Made by a program: the position numbers and the translations under genes
Notes under the pieces: generated by a model
Told to the model about the DNA's origin: nothing
Database searches by the model: none
Seen by the model: the letters and a program-made list of their open reading frames with translations, nothing else
NCBI GenBank assembly: GCA_036172245.1
Contig: JAYWIR010000005.1
Coordinates: 4,216,001-4,280,000 of the forward strand
DNA length: 64,000 nucleotides
Source of the DNA: Raillietiella orientalis
Lineage: Eukaryota
Direction of reading: 5' to 3'
Part shown: positions 27,050-38,999 of the stretch, piece by piece
How positions within the stretch are numbered: the stretch's first letter is position 1
How the letters are laid out: every line of letters begins with the position of its first letter

Positions 27050-27600
27050 AATTCCTTAAAAAATGGAATTAAATTTATTAAACAATTAAAACTCTTGCAT
27101 AGGTAGAAATGAATTAAATAAATTTATGATATCAAGATCATATATTTTGAAGAGTTCATTGTAAACAAAATCAGAACATAAAAATAACCTTCGGAAAGAA
27201 TTCATGAAACTAAATCCCATAAGTGCAAAAAAAAATTTCAGACCAGACATTATTGTTGATATAAAGCCACTTAACATATTTGTTGTACAATTGTGTTTCA
27301 GGTCTATAGTATAGGATGTTCATAAGGAAAAGAATAAGCTGTAATACGTCAAATACTCTAACTTCAGAAAATCATTAACTTGTCTCATGTTCGAGGCATC
27401 AGAAGTATTTGACTTGGAATTAAAATTTATATTCTCCTCGATAAACTTTCGTTTCTCATTTCTTCAATCAGTTGTGAATTCTATAGAAGTGTTCGTTAGC
27501 ATAACGTTTGTGTGGTTTTAAGATAGTAAAAAACCAAACTTCCGCAAAATCACATTTATGTATGTTTTTTGTGTCAAGAACATCATTCTAGTGATGAGCG
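27050..27600 (-). mobile_element. AT-drifted L1-clade RT remnant between PTCD1 and ORC1
   Basis: - strand ILIP(fs)KSNTSDASNMRQV (cf. ILIPK...D..NYRPI), then SGFIS (cf. Q.GFI) and FMNSFRRL (cf. F.KAFD). Confidence 0.3.
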
Positions 27601-28653
27601 GTGGATATTATTCTCTTTTCTAATGTACTATTTTGATCACTGGAACAAGAACTCTCTTGTATTAACTTTAAAAGTCAATTTTGTGAGAAAACAATAAATT
27701 TGTGAACAAGATTTAGATTAAAATCACGTATGAATTGCTTTTTTTGCCTTATAAATCAATAGATAATATGTTTTGCAAAGTGGGAAGATGTTTGCCATAA
27801 TACAATCTTGGCATTATTAATGCTTGCTTTACTACGTATCGATATTTTGCCCAGTAAGAGAAAGAATTATTGTTCATACATAAAAAAATTCAAAAAAAGG
27901 AGACTCATAGCTCATTCATTATGACAGTACATACAAATTCCATTTATGATTTCTATACAATTTAAGACAGTTCTTCTAGACCTTTTTAATCCTTTTGACT
28001 AGCACTAAGGGTTATTATGAGTATCGTTTTGATTTGTTAAAGAGCAATGAAATTTAAGTAGAGACAGAAAAATGGAAAGAATTTGTCAATGGATTGTAAT
28101 ATTTCTGAAGTTTATTTTTACTAATAAATCTTTTAAATCTTTTGAAAAGAAAAATCCAGCGACTCTAAAAACAAATGACAATAGTATGAAAAATTTTAAA
28201 AAAAATCACTTAAAAAATCTAACGTTAACCACGGTGATAATTGCATTTTATGAATATCACTTGATGATTACGTGATGGAAAGTTATTATGACTGGTATTA
28301 AAATTTTATTCAACAACAGTTTTAATGCTAGTAATATTCAGAGATTGCAAAGGAGTTCTATTTAATGTAACTGGCTGCACTGTTTGTTTTTCGCGGGAAA
28401 GTGTGGTTCTCATTTGCACTATTATAGCACGAAATTCAGCTGTAAGATGCCCAAATGATTTTTACAAACTGGCTAATGACCAATCATGGGATATAATATT
28501 GTATTAAGATTGTGTTTTTATATTGGCATTATGTATGTTGGGAAAGCTCTTTCAGTTGTATCAGAGATGTAATTGCCAAGTTTCGTAAGAGATCCCAGCC
28601 AAATTTCATATTTTTGTGATGAGTAGATGTAATCAATACGAATTGACACAAGC

Positions 28654-31518
28654 ATGATGGTTCATACAATCCAATGGGTTGGTTCTCCGTTACAAGATAC
28701 TCCACCCAATTTCATGAATGAGTTGTCAGTGTTTCAAAAGCATAAACGAATTTATTACAGGTAAGTTCATTATTTGCTGTTCATAAATTTTAAGTGATTT
28801 GGCAACTTATGGTTGCAAAGGTTAATAATGCTTCAATCCATTGCATTTCAGAAGTTTATGTAAGGAAGGTTTATTGATCTGTGTTGGAGATTTTGTCGTG
28901 GTATCGAATTCATTTGATGTGCATGAAGTTTTCAAAATTGAAGCCCTTTATGCTGACAGTAGGTAATTTTACCAAGCTAGTTCTTTTCTTAGTTTTACAA
29001 GGCAGTGATGAAAAAAACAATTTTTATGCAGAAGTTCAGCGTTTTTGTAAATTATGTGATCTTCCTTATGAGTTGCAAAAGCATTTGAAAAAACAGGAAT
29101 GCATGGTTGATGAAAATGAAGTTTTTCTGGACTTAAGATGCTCAAGTACTACAATAGATGCAACTAATGTTGTCTGTAAATGTAGTGTAAGTATTTATTT
29201 TTTTTTCCATTGGTTCAAGCACTAACATTACTTTTTTTTTTTCTGAAGATTGCTTTTGTAAGTGTCGAGCAACAACTAAGCATTGTCAACATAGATGAAA
29301 ATGAAAATATGCCATCTTTTTTTTGCAGATTTAAGCTTGTTTTTGATAACTATAGAACTGTTCATCTGAAGCCAGTATTATGCCCAGCTAACACACATGC
29401 AGAGCATCTAGATGACAATTCAGATGAACTTTTTACTGATCGAAGGAAAACCAGGTCTTGGTCTGCAAAGCGTAAAATGTCCGAGATTCGAGAGCTTTCT
29501 CCAGAAGTTCCCTTGTTAGGTTAGCTAAAAACCAGCTATTTCGTATTAACATATGTTTGCAGGCCCAGCAATGAAATTTGAGGTTTTGAAGCCTTCTGCA
29601 GCTAAATCAAGGACTTTACCATTTTCAGCTTTTAATATGGAAGTACCTAAAGTAGTGATTAAGAAACTTTCTGATAAGGAAGTCAAGCAGTATGTAACAA
29701 GAGTGTGCCAAGAGCCACAGGAATCTCCTAATTTAGTTAGACCCTTTCGTAAAAGATTTCTAAAAGACAAAGAGATAATAAATTTCTTGGATGATAGTGA
29801 CAATGAGTCTCTTACAGATATTGATAATGTTGATCTCAAAATTGAAAAGGCAAAGGTGCTAAATGGTGCTAGCATTCCCTTTAATGCTTACTGTCCATCA
29901 GATATACTTGATGCAAATGATGCTACATCTCATCCTTGCAATAGACATTCAAATAGTGAAGTGCTTAATAGTACAAGTGCAAGTCCACAAAATGCTCATT
30001 TAAAATCACCCAAAGCATCTCATGTGCAACTAGTTCCCACAGAGATAAGGAGTTCATCTGATGTAATTTGCTCAAAAGAAAATACTGCTGACTCCAGAAA
30101 GTCACAGAGAAAGACATCAGTCAAGTCTTTTAATTCACAAAATAGGTTATCACATAGGCAGCGCATAAAAAAGCAGGATCTTAAGAAAAGGGGTAAGTCT
30201 TGTTGACATTTAAAAGTAGTGGCTCTTTTTTTGTAGTGAATGTTCGTCGAAGGTTGCATATGTCTTTAGAAATGCCCAATTTGCCATGTCGCGAAAACGA
30301 ATTTTTCCAGATTCATAGCTTTATAGAGGCATGCCTCTTGGAACAACGTGGTGGTTGTATGTATGTGAGTGGTGTACCAGGAACAGGAAAATCTGCAACA
30401 TTAAAGATGGTGGTACAAATGCTCCAACAACAAGTTGCTGAGAATTCTTTGCCTGAGTTTCATTTAGTTGAAATCAATGGCATGTGTCTTGCTGATCCTC
30501 ATCAATTGTATGTTCACTGGTGGCAACAACTGACGCAGCAGAGGCTATCCAAGGCACAGGCATTCACATTTTTGCACAAGTATTTTACACAAAGCTCTGT
30601 GGATCAGCCCTGCCTGTTGTTAGTTGATGAGGTGACTAATGTTTTCAAGTAGACTTGTGTGCATGTGTTTTATAGTTTGATTTACTTCGGACATCAAAGC
30701 AAGATATTCTGTACAATATTTTTGACTGGCCTACACATGCCACTTCACAGTTAGTAGTAGTTGCTGTGGCCAATATCATGGATCTTCCTGAACGTTTATT
30801 AGCTTCTCGTGTAGCTAGTCGATTAGGACTAACAAGGCTAAGTTTTCATCCATATAGTTATCAGCAGCTTCAGAAGATAGTATTGTCACGCCTTCCAGAT
30901 GCACATTCTTTTGCTCCAGATGCTTTGCAACTGGTGGCCAGGTCAGTGAATTAAGTATTCAAAGGTTTCCTATTGATATTTCAGGAATAAACTTGAATAT
31001 TGAACTTTTCAGGAAAGTGGCTGCTCTTTCTGGTGATGCTCGTCGTATGCTAGAGATTTGCAGAAGGGCTCTTGATTTGGCTGATGATAGTTTTCAAGTA
31101 ACTTTGGAGCATGTGGAAAAGGCATTAGAAGAAATGTTGGATCAGCCAACAGTAGCAGCTATTCTTTCTACTAGTCCATTGGAGCAAGTGTTACTTCAGG
31201 CAATGGCACAAGAATCTCAAGCAAACAGGACTGATTGTATTATTCTTAGAAATATTATTAAGCATGTGCAACTATTGAGCCAGTTAGATGGTAAACTAGA
31301 TTTATTGCATGTTTGTGATTCATGATATTTATGCTCTAGGATACCCTATACCAACAGTAACAGAAGTTTTAGGTGCTTGCAATCGATTAGCAGTATTTCA
31401 TTTGATTACAATTGACTCAAAGCATCAAGATGCCACCATGAAGCTCCAGCTTAATGTTTCCCCTGATGACATTGCTTTTGCATTAGTCAAAGCAAGAGAA
31501 AAGAAAAGAAAATACTAA
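28654..31518 (+). CDS. ORC1: Origin recognition complex subunit 1 (BAH domain, disordered linker, AAA+ ATPase, winged helix); 9 exons, 805 aa
   Basis: Exons 28654-28760, 28852-28962, 29006-29186 (the second intron could alternatively be 28959-29001), 29249-29519, 29563-30192, 30237-30631, 30676-30941, 31013-31290, 31340-31518. Motifs [21 protein letters not shown] (Walker A), EINGM, LLLVDE|FDLL (Walker B), [60 protein letters not shown]-like N-terminus (ICVGDFVVV). The BAH plus long linker favours ORC1 over CDC6. Confidence 0.95.
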
Positions 31519-32519
31519 AAAGTATGTTCTTTACTAAGAACATGCTATTTTGTATTTTTTGACGACAGTAAATTTATTTTATTATTAGTTCAAAGTGATT
31601 TAATATGCATTCATATTCAATGTTCTGATGTAAACTTGCTACAGACTATACAATTTGTATCTCCTGAACATAATAAAGATGATTTTTTATAGTTATTTTT
31701 CTTGATTATGCTTAATTTGAAGCATGTTCTTGTTTAATTGCTTTAGTTGGTTCTAATTTCAGAATGCTTTCATTGAATGTTCGAACTCTTTTAAGTGCAA
31801 TTGGATATCTGGGCATATAATCCTGAGGAACATAATCAGGCTAAGAAACTTCCATTCCAACATTTCAGTGCTGTTCAGTTGATTGTGGACTTCAGAGTGC
31901 AGGTGTTTCTATTGTGTTTTTTCCTTTTTTTTTTTTTTTTTTCAAGTAATGGTTCAGTGTTCTGGAATGTATGAAAATAATGCAAATTTTATTTGCAATA
32001 CCAACCAACGTTGTAATGTTCTATTAATTCTATATTATGACTCTTAAAGAAACTTTTTTCATTTGTAGTGTTACTTTTGGTAGATTTACAATAAGGAATG
32101 AATGATTAAAAGTTTTCCATCGGTGATTCTAAACATAAAATATTGCAAATTGCATTGTAGAATGTAAAAATGTCGCGTTCTATAAGGGTATGTAAAAACT
32201 AATGTTGCTGTTTGATGAACATGAAGTTAAAAGGATTTTAGCTTCATGTTCAAGTATATTTGCTGTTTAAAAGCTAGTAGTTCATTTGAAAAGAGGAAGT
32301 TAGAGGTTTGACAGAATATAGACTGTGTAGAGGCCAGCATATGGACTTCCATTACTAACTTCATTTCTATGTTACGTATGCTTATCACCGAAGATGCAAT
32401 GTGTTCTTGTTCTTCAATTCTGCATGTGTGCAATTTTAGTAATTGCTTGGTTTGAGTGTTGGTTGTGTTCGAATTAATCTAAAGAAGTGACAATTCATCC
32501 ATGAGTATCTCTCCATTGT

Positions 32520-33400
32520 AATGCCATGATAAGTCATGAGTAGGATATCAAATGACACACTTCGATTATATTGTGCAAAAGGAAGCTTTTCATCATTTAC
32601 CTTCCTCCATTAGTCGATTAGGCATCTTCCTTGGAATATTAAAAACCTCCTGTAAAATACCTTTACGTATTTTTCTGTCCCATAACTGCACCCAAATTTG
32701 TTCTGTGCAAACCCATTGCTCTAATCAGAAAGCATAGCACTCCCCACTTTCCAGGATTCCACTCATGTCTTCCAATTGATGCAGGTTGAGTGTTCTATAA
32801 CTCAACGCAGTTGCCAGAAACTGAGCTACAGAGTTGACCTCAATTCACACTTCAGACGTAGGTGTGACATAGTTATAATGTAGAAATTTGCTTGGTTAAT
32901 TCCCTTGGGCTTTTTCAGGTATCAAACATTTCTAACAGATAGGCAACTGTCTGGATGCGAAAAGAAGGCAGATATAATTCTCGAAGGGCATCTCGGTAAG
33001 TAAGTTTTATTTGCATTAAATTAAATTTTGGTATTGGTGCAGCGAAAATGGGTCTATTCTCTTGAAGGGGGGCGGTGATCTGTGTATTTACATTTTCAAT
33101 CAACAATTTGCCCACAGTGTGGTATGTAGCTACTGATTAAACTTAATATGAACCAAAGGGATCTGAGCTTCAGTTCGACCTGAAGTTATTTGCAAAGAGA
33201 AATTCAGGAGGTTTCTTGATTAGCCATGATACTCCGAGGTGTTTATTCAGCCTACAAGTGCGAATCTCCTTTGATTTCCTTGTAACGTGAAAAAGCTGGC
33301 TTCCTAAAGAAAAGAAGAAAAAAAAAGAACTGTCATCATCATTTCGAAGAACTATTACAGGTCTTCGTTTGAGTTTACTCCCTGTATAACTCCGAAGTCT
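32520..33400 (-). mobile_element. Possible decayed LINE ORF2 C-terminal remnant
   Basis: - strand ECYAF*LEQWVCTEQIWVQLW and SKCVI*Y resemble the zf-RVT and C-terminal region; heavily degenerate. Confidence 0.25.
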
Positions 33401-34810
33401 CGGCGCACTTGTTGGAACATTCCCTTCCTTTCCCATTAACTGTTGGTTTTTAAAACATTATTACTGATTTTCAAGCATTTGTATTGTTTCGAGTCCTTTT
33501 TTTTTTTTTTTTTAACAAGCATGCCGAAACAAATGTCAGCTTTTCCTATTTGAATAAAAAATGCTTATCTCTAAAAATTCTGACTCATTGATATTTGAAG
33601 ATGTAGTTCCAATAGGCTGTTGATGGCCCTGTGGGATGATACCGAGAAATTTTGTCTACGAACAATCTTGAGCTATCACGTTGTTGTTTTTTAATTGTTT
33701 CAAGTAAGTTAGGCAGATCTTTTCTGTTCTGTTCTTGAAAGTACAGCAAGTTTGATGCGTGCAAGAACATGCTACTGTACAACAGCCATTCTGACACAAA
33801 ACCCTTCAAGTAAGAGGACAAATGTTTTTGGTTCTTTCTATTTTCTCGTATAAATGAATAAGTACATAAACAAGCCTGCTGGCACTCCCCAAAGTGACAG
33901 ATTCTAATGCAGTTTTTAATTTCAGTGTAATCTACAGCATACTTATTAGCGTAGTTCCAGTTGCCGTCAACGTTACATAGCGTGACGGTGACATTAGTTC
34001 TTTAATCCTAGGAGTACCAGTACATAAGTCATTATATTATACGGTAAAATATGAAAGAGCAGCAGTATGATTTTTCTTGGAATTCTGAAGAATGATGCAA
34101 AACTCGAAACTAAATCCACGAAAAAAAAAAAACGAAAACATCGATTTTCCGCAATGAGCTCTAAGATGGGAAGTAATTTTGTTGGTATTTGAGGATAAAG
34201 AAAACGAAAGCACAATATATAGAGAGAGGCGAAAGGAAATGGAGAAAATGGAGAAATCTGTGAAATACAGGAACTATGGGGCTCAAACGTCGAAATTCTG
34301 ACCACCTCTGCAAATTATATGCATGTACGTACGCTGCTTTCATCTGCCTTTTTATGCCAGTCTTCCTATAAAGAGTGATTTCTAACGGGCAGCCCTGCAA
34401 TGCGGCACATCGAGGCATACGAAGTTGACATTGCAATGAAATGCATAGTTTATCGAGTGCATAAATTCTGGACAAATGGATGCCGGAAACAAAGAGTAAA
34501 AAACAATTATTTCTTGGCTTTGATTTATGATTAAGTAATTTTAATTAAACTTCGTTTCAACGAGATTTGCTTATTTGTGGTTGAATTCGACTGACACGAA
34601 AGAAAAGTCTTTGGTAGCAATTTTCAGCGTGTAGTGAATTCCTCGAAAGCTACTTTTATCAACCTTCAGATATAAAAGTGCCAATGTAAAATGAGAAAGG
34701 AATTTTTTTTATTGGAAACGCTAAATTTGAAATTCCAAGAGGTTACATATAAATTTTGGACTGCAATCATTAATGACAAAGGAGTAGCACATCTCTCACC
34801 TATCAGGATT

Positions 34811-35510
34811 GTTTATCACCCGGGCGCGCCGGGGCGTTTATTGCTAAACTATCCAGGAACAGAGTTCCCGGACAAAGGACACAGAATAACGAATGGAGGG
34901 ATCCCCGACACGCAGGTCGGTAAACCGAAAGTCCGGAAAGGGCGGGAGGGAACCACAAATACACATATAAAAAAATAGACGTAAAGATATGGGGAGGGTG
35001 GGAGACAGGGGTCTTTGGTTTGGGCCGTTCCTTTCCTTCAGGCGGTGGATGCCGGAGATCTCGCTCCTAACGTCCTCTAAGAGATGGGCCCACTCGGCAG
35101 TCGACGTCATGTTCTCGTCGGCTATTCCTGTGGCCTGTCGCCGAATCGCCTGCCTCTCCAGCTCTCGGTGGGCCTTGTCGATGGCGCGGGTGCAACAGAC
35201 CGTTGCGACGACTGCGCCTAAGGACAGGCCGCCTGGCGTGAAGAAGCGGCGCATCAAACCCCTTGCGGTGCCCCCCTGCAGCAGGAGAGCTGAGGCCAGT
35301 CTCCGCCACAGTCCTTGGAGGACACCGCAGTTCAAAAGCAGGTGCGGGAGCGTTTCCACGTCCCCGCACCGTTGATCGTTCGGGGAGACAACTCCCCCGG
35401 AAACACGGTTCGTCCGCTGCTTGGAGTGAAAACCCCAATGCACCAGCATGATCACGTCCTGCTTCCACAAAAGGGGGAACACAGAAGGATTGTAAAGCCA
35501 TTCAGTCACA
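34811..35510 (-). mobile_element. L1/Tx1-like element, 5'-truncated 3' end (copy B)
   Basis: ORF 34844-35509 contains zf-RVT-like DQRCGDVETLPHLLLNCGVLQGLWRRL, then ATVCCTRAI.KAHR and AEWAHLLEDVRSE, shared with copies C, D and E. Family 3' motif at 34811-34842. Confidence 0.8.
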
Positions 35511-35899
35511 CCTCTTCCGTACGGCTTCTTGCCTCGGATTAGACCTTCGATTTCTTTCTCTTAGTTGCTCAAATTAAAAGCAGTTTCTATGCAAGTGACA
35601 TTTTATTAAGTTGTTTAATTTTTTTTTTATCTGAGTTTAGAAAATCAGGGACATCAGCTGCTCCCCAAGACGTTGGGAGTTTGTTTGTTTTCTATCAAGA
35701 CGTTTGTACAAATGCTAACTTAATTCTTTGAGACTAAGCGCTTTGTATTCAGTCACCTCTCGAAAAGATTCTCTAGAAGGTTTGGACCATTAAGCTTTTC
35801 GAAATCATCTCATGAATACGCACTAACGATACTGGAATGGTAGCACGATCTGTTGCTTGAATATTAAACGGAACATACGGTGACCATCTCTAGGGGCTC

Positions 35900-37300
35900 T
35901 GATGTCGAAGGAGTCTTCTGATTATCAAATGAATGCAAACGCGTTTCTGCGAGTGTCGGGAAGCCGAAAAGCAAAAGCGTAGGGAGCATCAGCACATCCA
36001 CCTGTAGAAGTCCCAATCAGCAACTCCTTGAGTTTCAGTGGGAGAGATGGTCAATGTCCTGAAGATGCTTAATTTCCTCCGCTTGTTTCTAATTGTTCAT
36101 GAGTGGTGCTTAGGTCTTTTGAACCGTAGACAAGCTGCGTAGATACTTGCTCTTCAGGGAAGACTGCAAATTTCAGCTGGGAATGTTTTCCCAACGTCGT
36201 CTGATCCCGCGGTGACGTCATCCGACGGACGTAGAAAAGATACATTAATGGCCTATCCGAAACTGTATTTGAGGTTATCAGCATTCTGCAAAGGGGAAGT
36301 AAACTTTTTTGTGGATTCGTGGCACATTTCGTATAAATAATATGGTGATTTTCCTCTCGAGGTGGATATGTCATGGTTTCAGCACGTGTAAAATCGCAGC
36401 ATTGCAGCAGACAACCCCTTGGCTGGAGTTGAATGCAGCAAATTTCACCGGAATGCATAATGAAGATAAGCGATATCCTTGGAGAGCAGAAGCATTTCTT
36501 CAAAAATGCTGTAAAATCTCAAGCTGTTTTGCCTCGTATTCATTATTTTTGGGTGATGTATTAGAATTCGAGTCTGCAGGGGCTTTTTACTAAGGACGTA
36601 AACATTCAGCATTTTTTGATTGTATTTGGGTAGAGAAAAGCTTCTCTGGTTTCGGCTCCTGGGTGATGGTACTTTCAGGTCCTCACAAAAGACATGCGTG
36701 TACAAAGCGCCCCTTAGTGCCCAAACAATCGTAGGGGAAGCCTGTGTTCTCATCCTTCCAAATTACCAGCGGATTCAGATGCATCACTGATAGGGGAACG
36801 ATAATATCCGTGGATGACGCTTTCTTGGAGAGCCAGTGCTCTCTATCTCCTCCTGGTTTTCCACTCCTTATTTCTTCTCAAGAGCCTTGAAGATGTCAAC
36901 CGCCTTGAGAAGCTGATATTTGCGAGACCGTATTTTCATTAGTAAGGTCTTGGTTTCTTTACTTCTTTTTGAAGTAGAGAGGCGGGAGAGCACGAGAGCA
37001 ATCTCTGGATTTTGCCATTTGGTGTATCATTCCCCAATACCTTATTACCGCTTCTCCGAGTCTGTTGTCTTTTCGCGAGGGATGTTTGCAAGTCTCTCAT
37101 TTCACGGTCCCTCGAAGAGCACGGTCACCGAGCGAGTATGACCGAACTTTTCGAAAGCAGGAATATCCGATAGAAAATTTTCGGAAAATTGACACTCAGG
37201 GGAAAAGGGAACCATGGTGGCCTGCTTATTAGATCGAGGAAATTCTCGAAAGCATCGCTAATTTACAACCTGATGCAGACCTGAGTCGTTTCTACACCTT
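35900..37300 (-). mobile_element. Probable decayed L1-clade ORF2 remnant
   Basis: - strand PLCRML...PLMYLFYV (zinc-finger-like) near 36300-36230 and endonuclease-end-like segments near 37100-37250. Confidence 0.3.
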
Positions 37301-38999
37301 CGACGTGGTTGCAAATAAGCTTTTGAATCCTCGAAAAACTGTGGCCAACTGCGAGAATAGAAGAAGAAAAAGAGCACACGCCTGGATTGCAGAGTTTTGT
37401 TCTCCTGAGCAGGAAACGTCATCCAGTTCCTAAAGGGTTTGGTGGCCATGTGCTTGTCTTTGTCTCTGCAAGAAAAGTCGAAGGAAAATCGACGCCCTTC
37501 TGGTTACGGTTTACAAGGGCGTTATCATCGGCGTTTCTGTTTGGAAGCTCCTCGAATGAGAATGCAATCCGAACTCCCTTTCTCCGTTAAGACTTTTGCG
37601 GGTGATGCAAACATCATCCGTTTGTGGGAATGAATCGAAAGCATTGTCTTCCCTTAAGCACACACTTGTCATGTGCATGGAAAATTAGAATGGACGCAGA
37701 CTCGAGATTTTTTAAACCACCTACAGCCGTCAGGTGTGCAGTTATGCAGAAACTACGCCACTCGTGTTCAATAGAGTTCCTTTTATGAATAAATAAATGT
37801 GATTAGGGAAAAATTCCGTTACAAAGGGAACTCTGGGTGCACCAGTGGCACAGTTAAGGTTTGCATATGCAACTATTCTTAACGTGTCTCTCCAGCATCT
37901 CATTCTTCAGAAGTCTCAGTGAAGTGAGCCGAATGAATGCACCTAGGTGTGCAGGCAAGCTGATGGTTCATTCACATTGCTTTGTTACAGAAGATGCTGA
38001 AGAGAAACTTTTGATTGAATGATGGGGAGGGTTCTCCACTGCCTCTATTGGGCAGCAGTCCACGAGGAGATGGCTTCTTCACGAACGGTAGGTTACCCAG
38101 TCGATGCTTCTAATAGATGCCTCGGAAGTTCTGGATTTTTGAGCACCAGAAAGGAAATCTTTCTGGTGCGTTCCACATGCCGTCGTGGATTCTTTCAATT
38201 CTTACAGCACCATACTTTTTGCCCAGGATCCTAAGGATTCTACAATGAGTGTCTGAAACTCCTTCGGACTACAAGAGGATGGCTAGTTCTCGGTGTCTGT
38301 TTCCTTTTGTTGCTTTACTTGCCTGCCTCCAGGGCTGTCGGTAAGCTTCCGAAAATGTATAGACGTCCAGCTTGGCTACTCTTCCCTCTCCTTGTAGCAC
38401 TAGCTTTGGGAGAAGCAGGGAGATAACCCGGGATGAGCTGGCGATCTAATTACAAAGGCACCAAAAGAGCTGACATCGTCAATGGGCATAACCGAAGGTG
38501 ACAAAGAATGCAGATGTATGCTGGCAAGAATAAAAACGAAAGGACAGGTGGAACCCTGCTGTGTAAAAGATGGAATAACTAAGGATGGAACAGTGATTCA
38601 GCAGATTAAAAAAAAAAGTAAAGAAACTCTTTTGAAATCACACGCTACTTCCTGTTAGCATATTCCTGTTGATCCACTGGGAGTGTTTCCTTTGTATGCC
38701 TTTTCGAGTTCTTGTGAGAGGAAGCTCGTGTTCACCTCATGAGCTTTGGAAAATTCCTACAGAGTTCAGCATCCGAATTTTCGCTGGGAAATGATCTGAA
38801 AAAGTACAACCAACCATGCAAGTCGAAAGGTCTCTTCCTTCCAATCAATTCCAGCCGAAAATACTTTTGTAAAGGAAGCAGCATAGAAATCAGTGTACAG
38901 TGTGAGGGGGAGATCGCTATCTGAAAAAATGCAAAAAGCAGGAGGAAGACCTTGAAAGGGGTGTTCTTGGATCGCGCGCGCGTTCTGAAAGTCCCTCTT

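Noticed and set aside
24179..28653. Shared bidirectional promoter for the divergent PTCD1 and ORC1 genes
   Set aside because: Start codons are ~4.5 kb apart with probable TE debris between them; no transcription start evidence in the sequence.
34818..34848. Helitron-like 3' hairpin (cccgggcgcgccgggg...gctaa) on the + strand
   Set aside because: The same motif recurs at a fixed position behind the LINE ORF2 end in other copies, and there is no CTAG terminus; better explained as the LINE 3' stem-loop.
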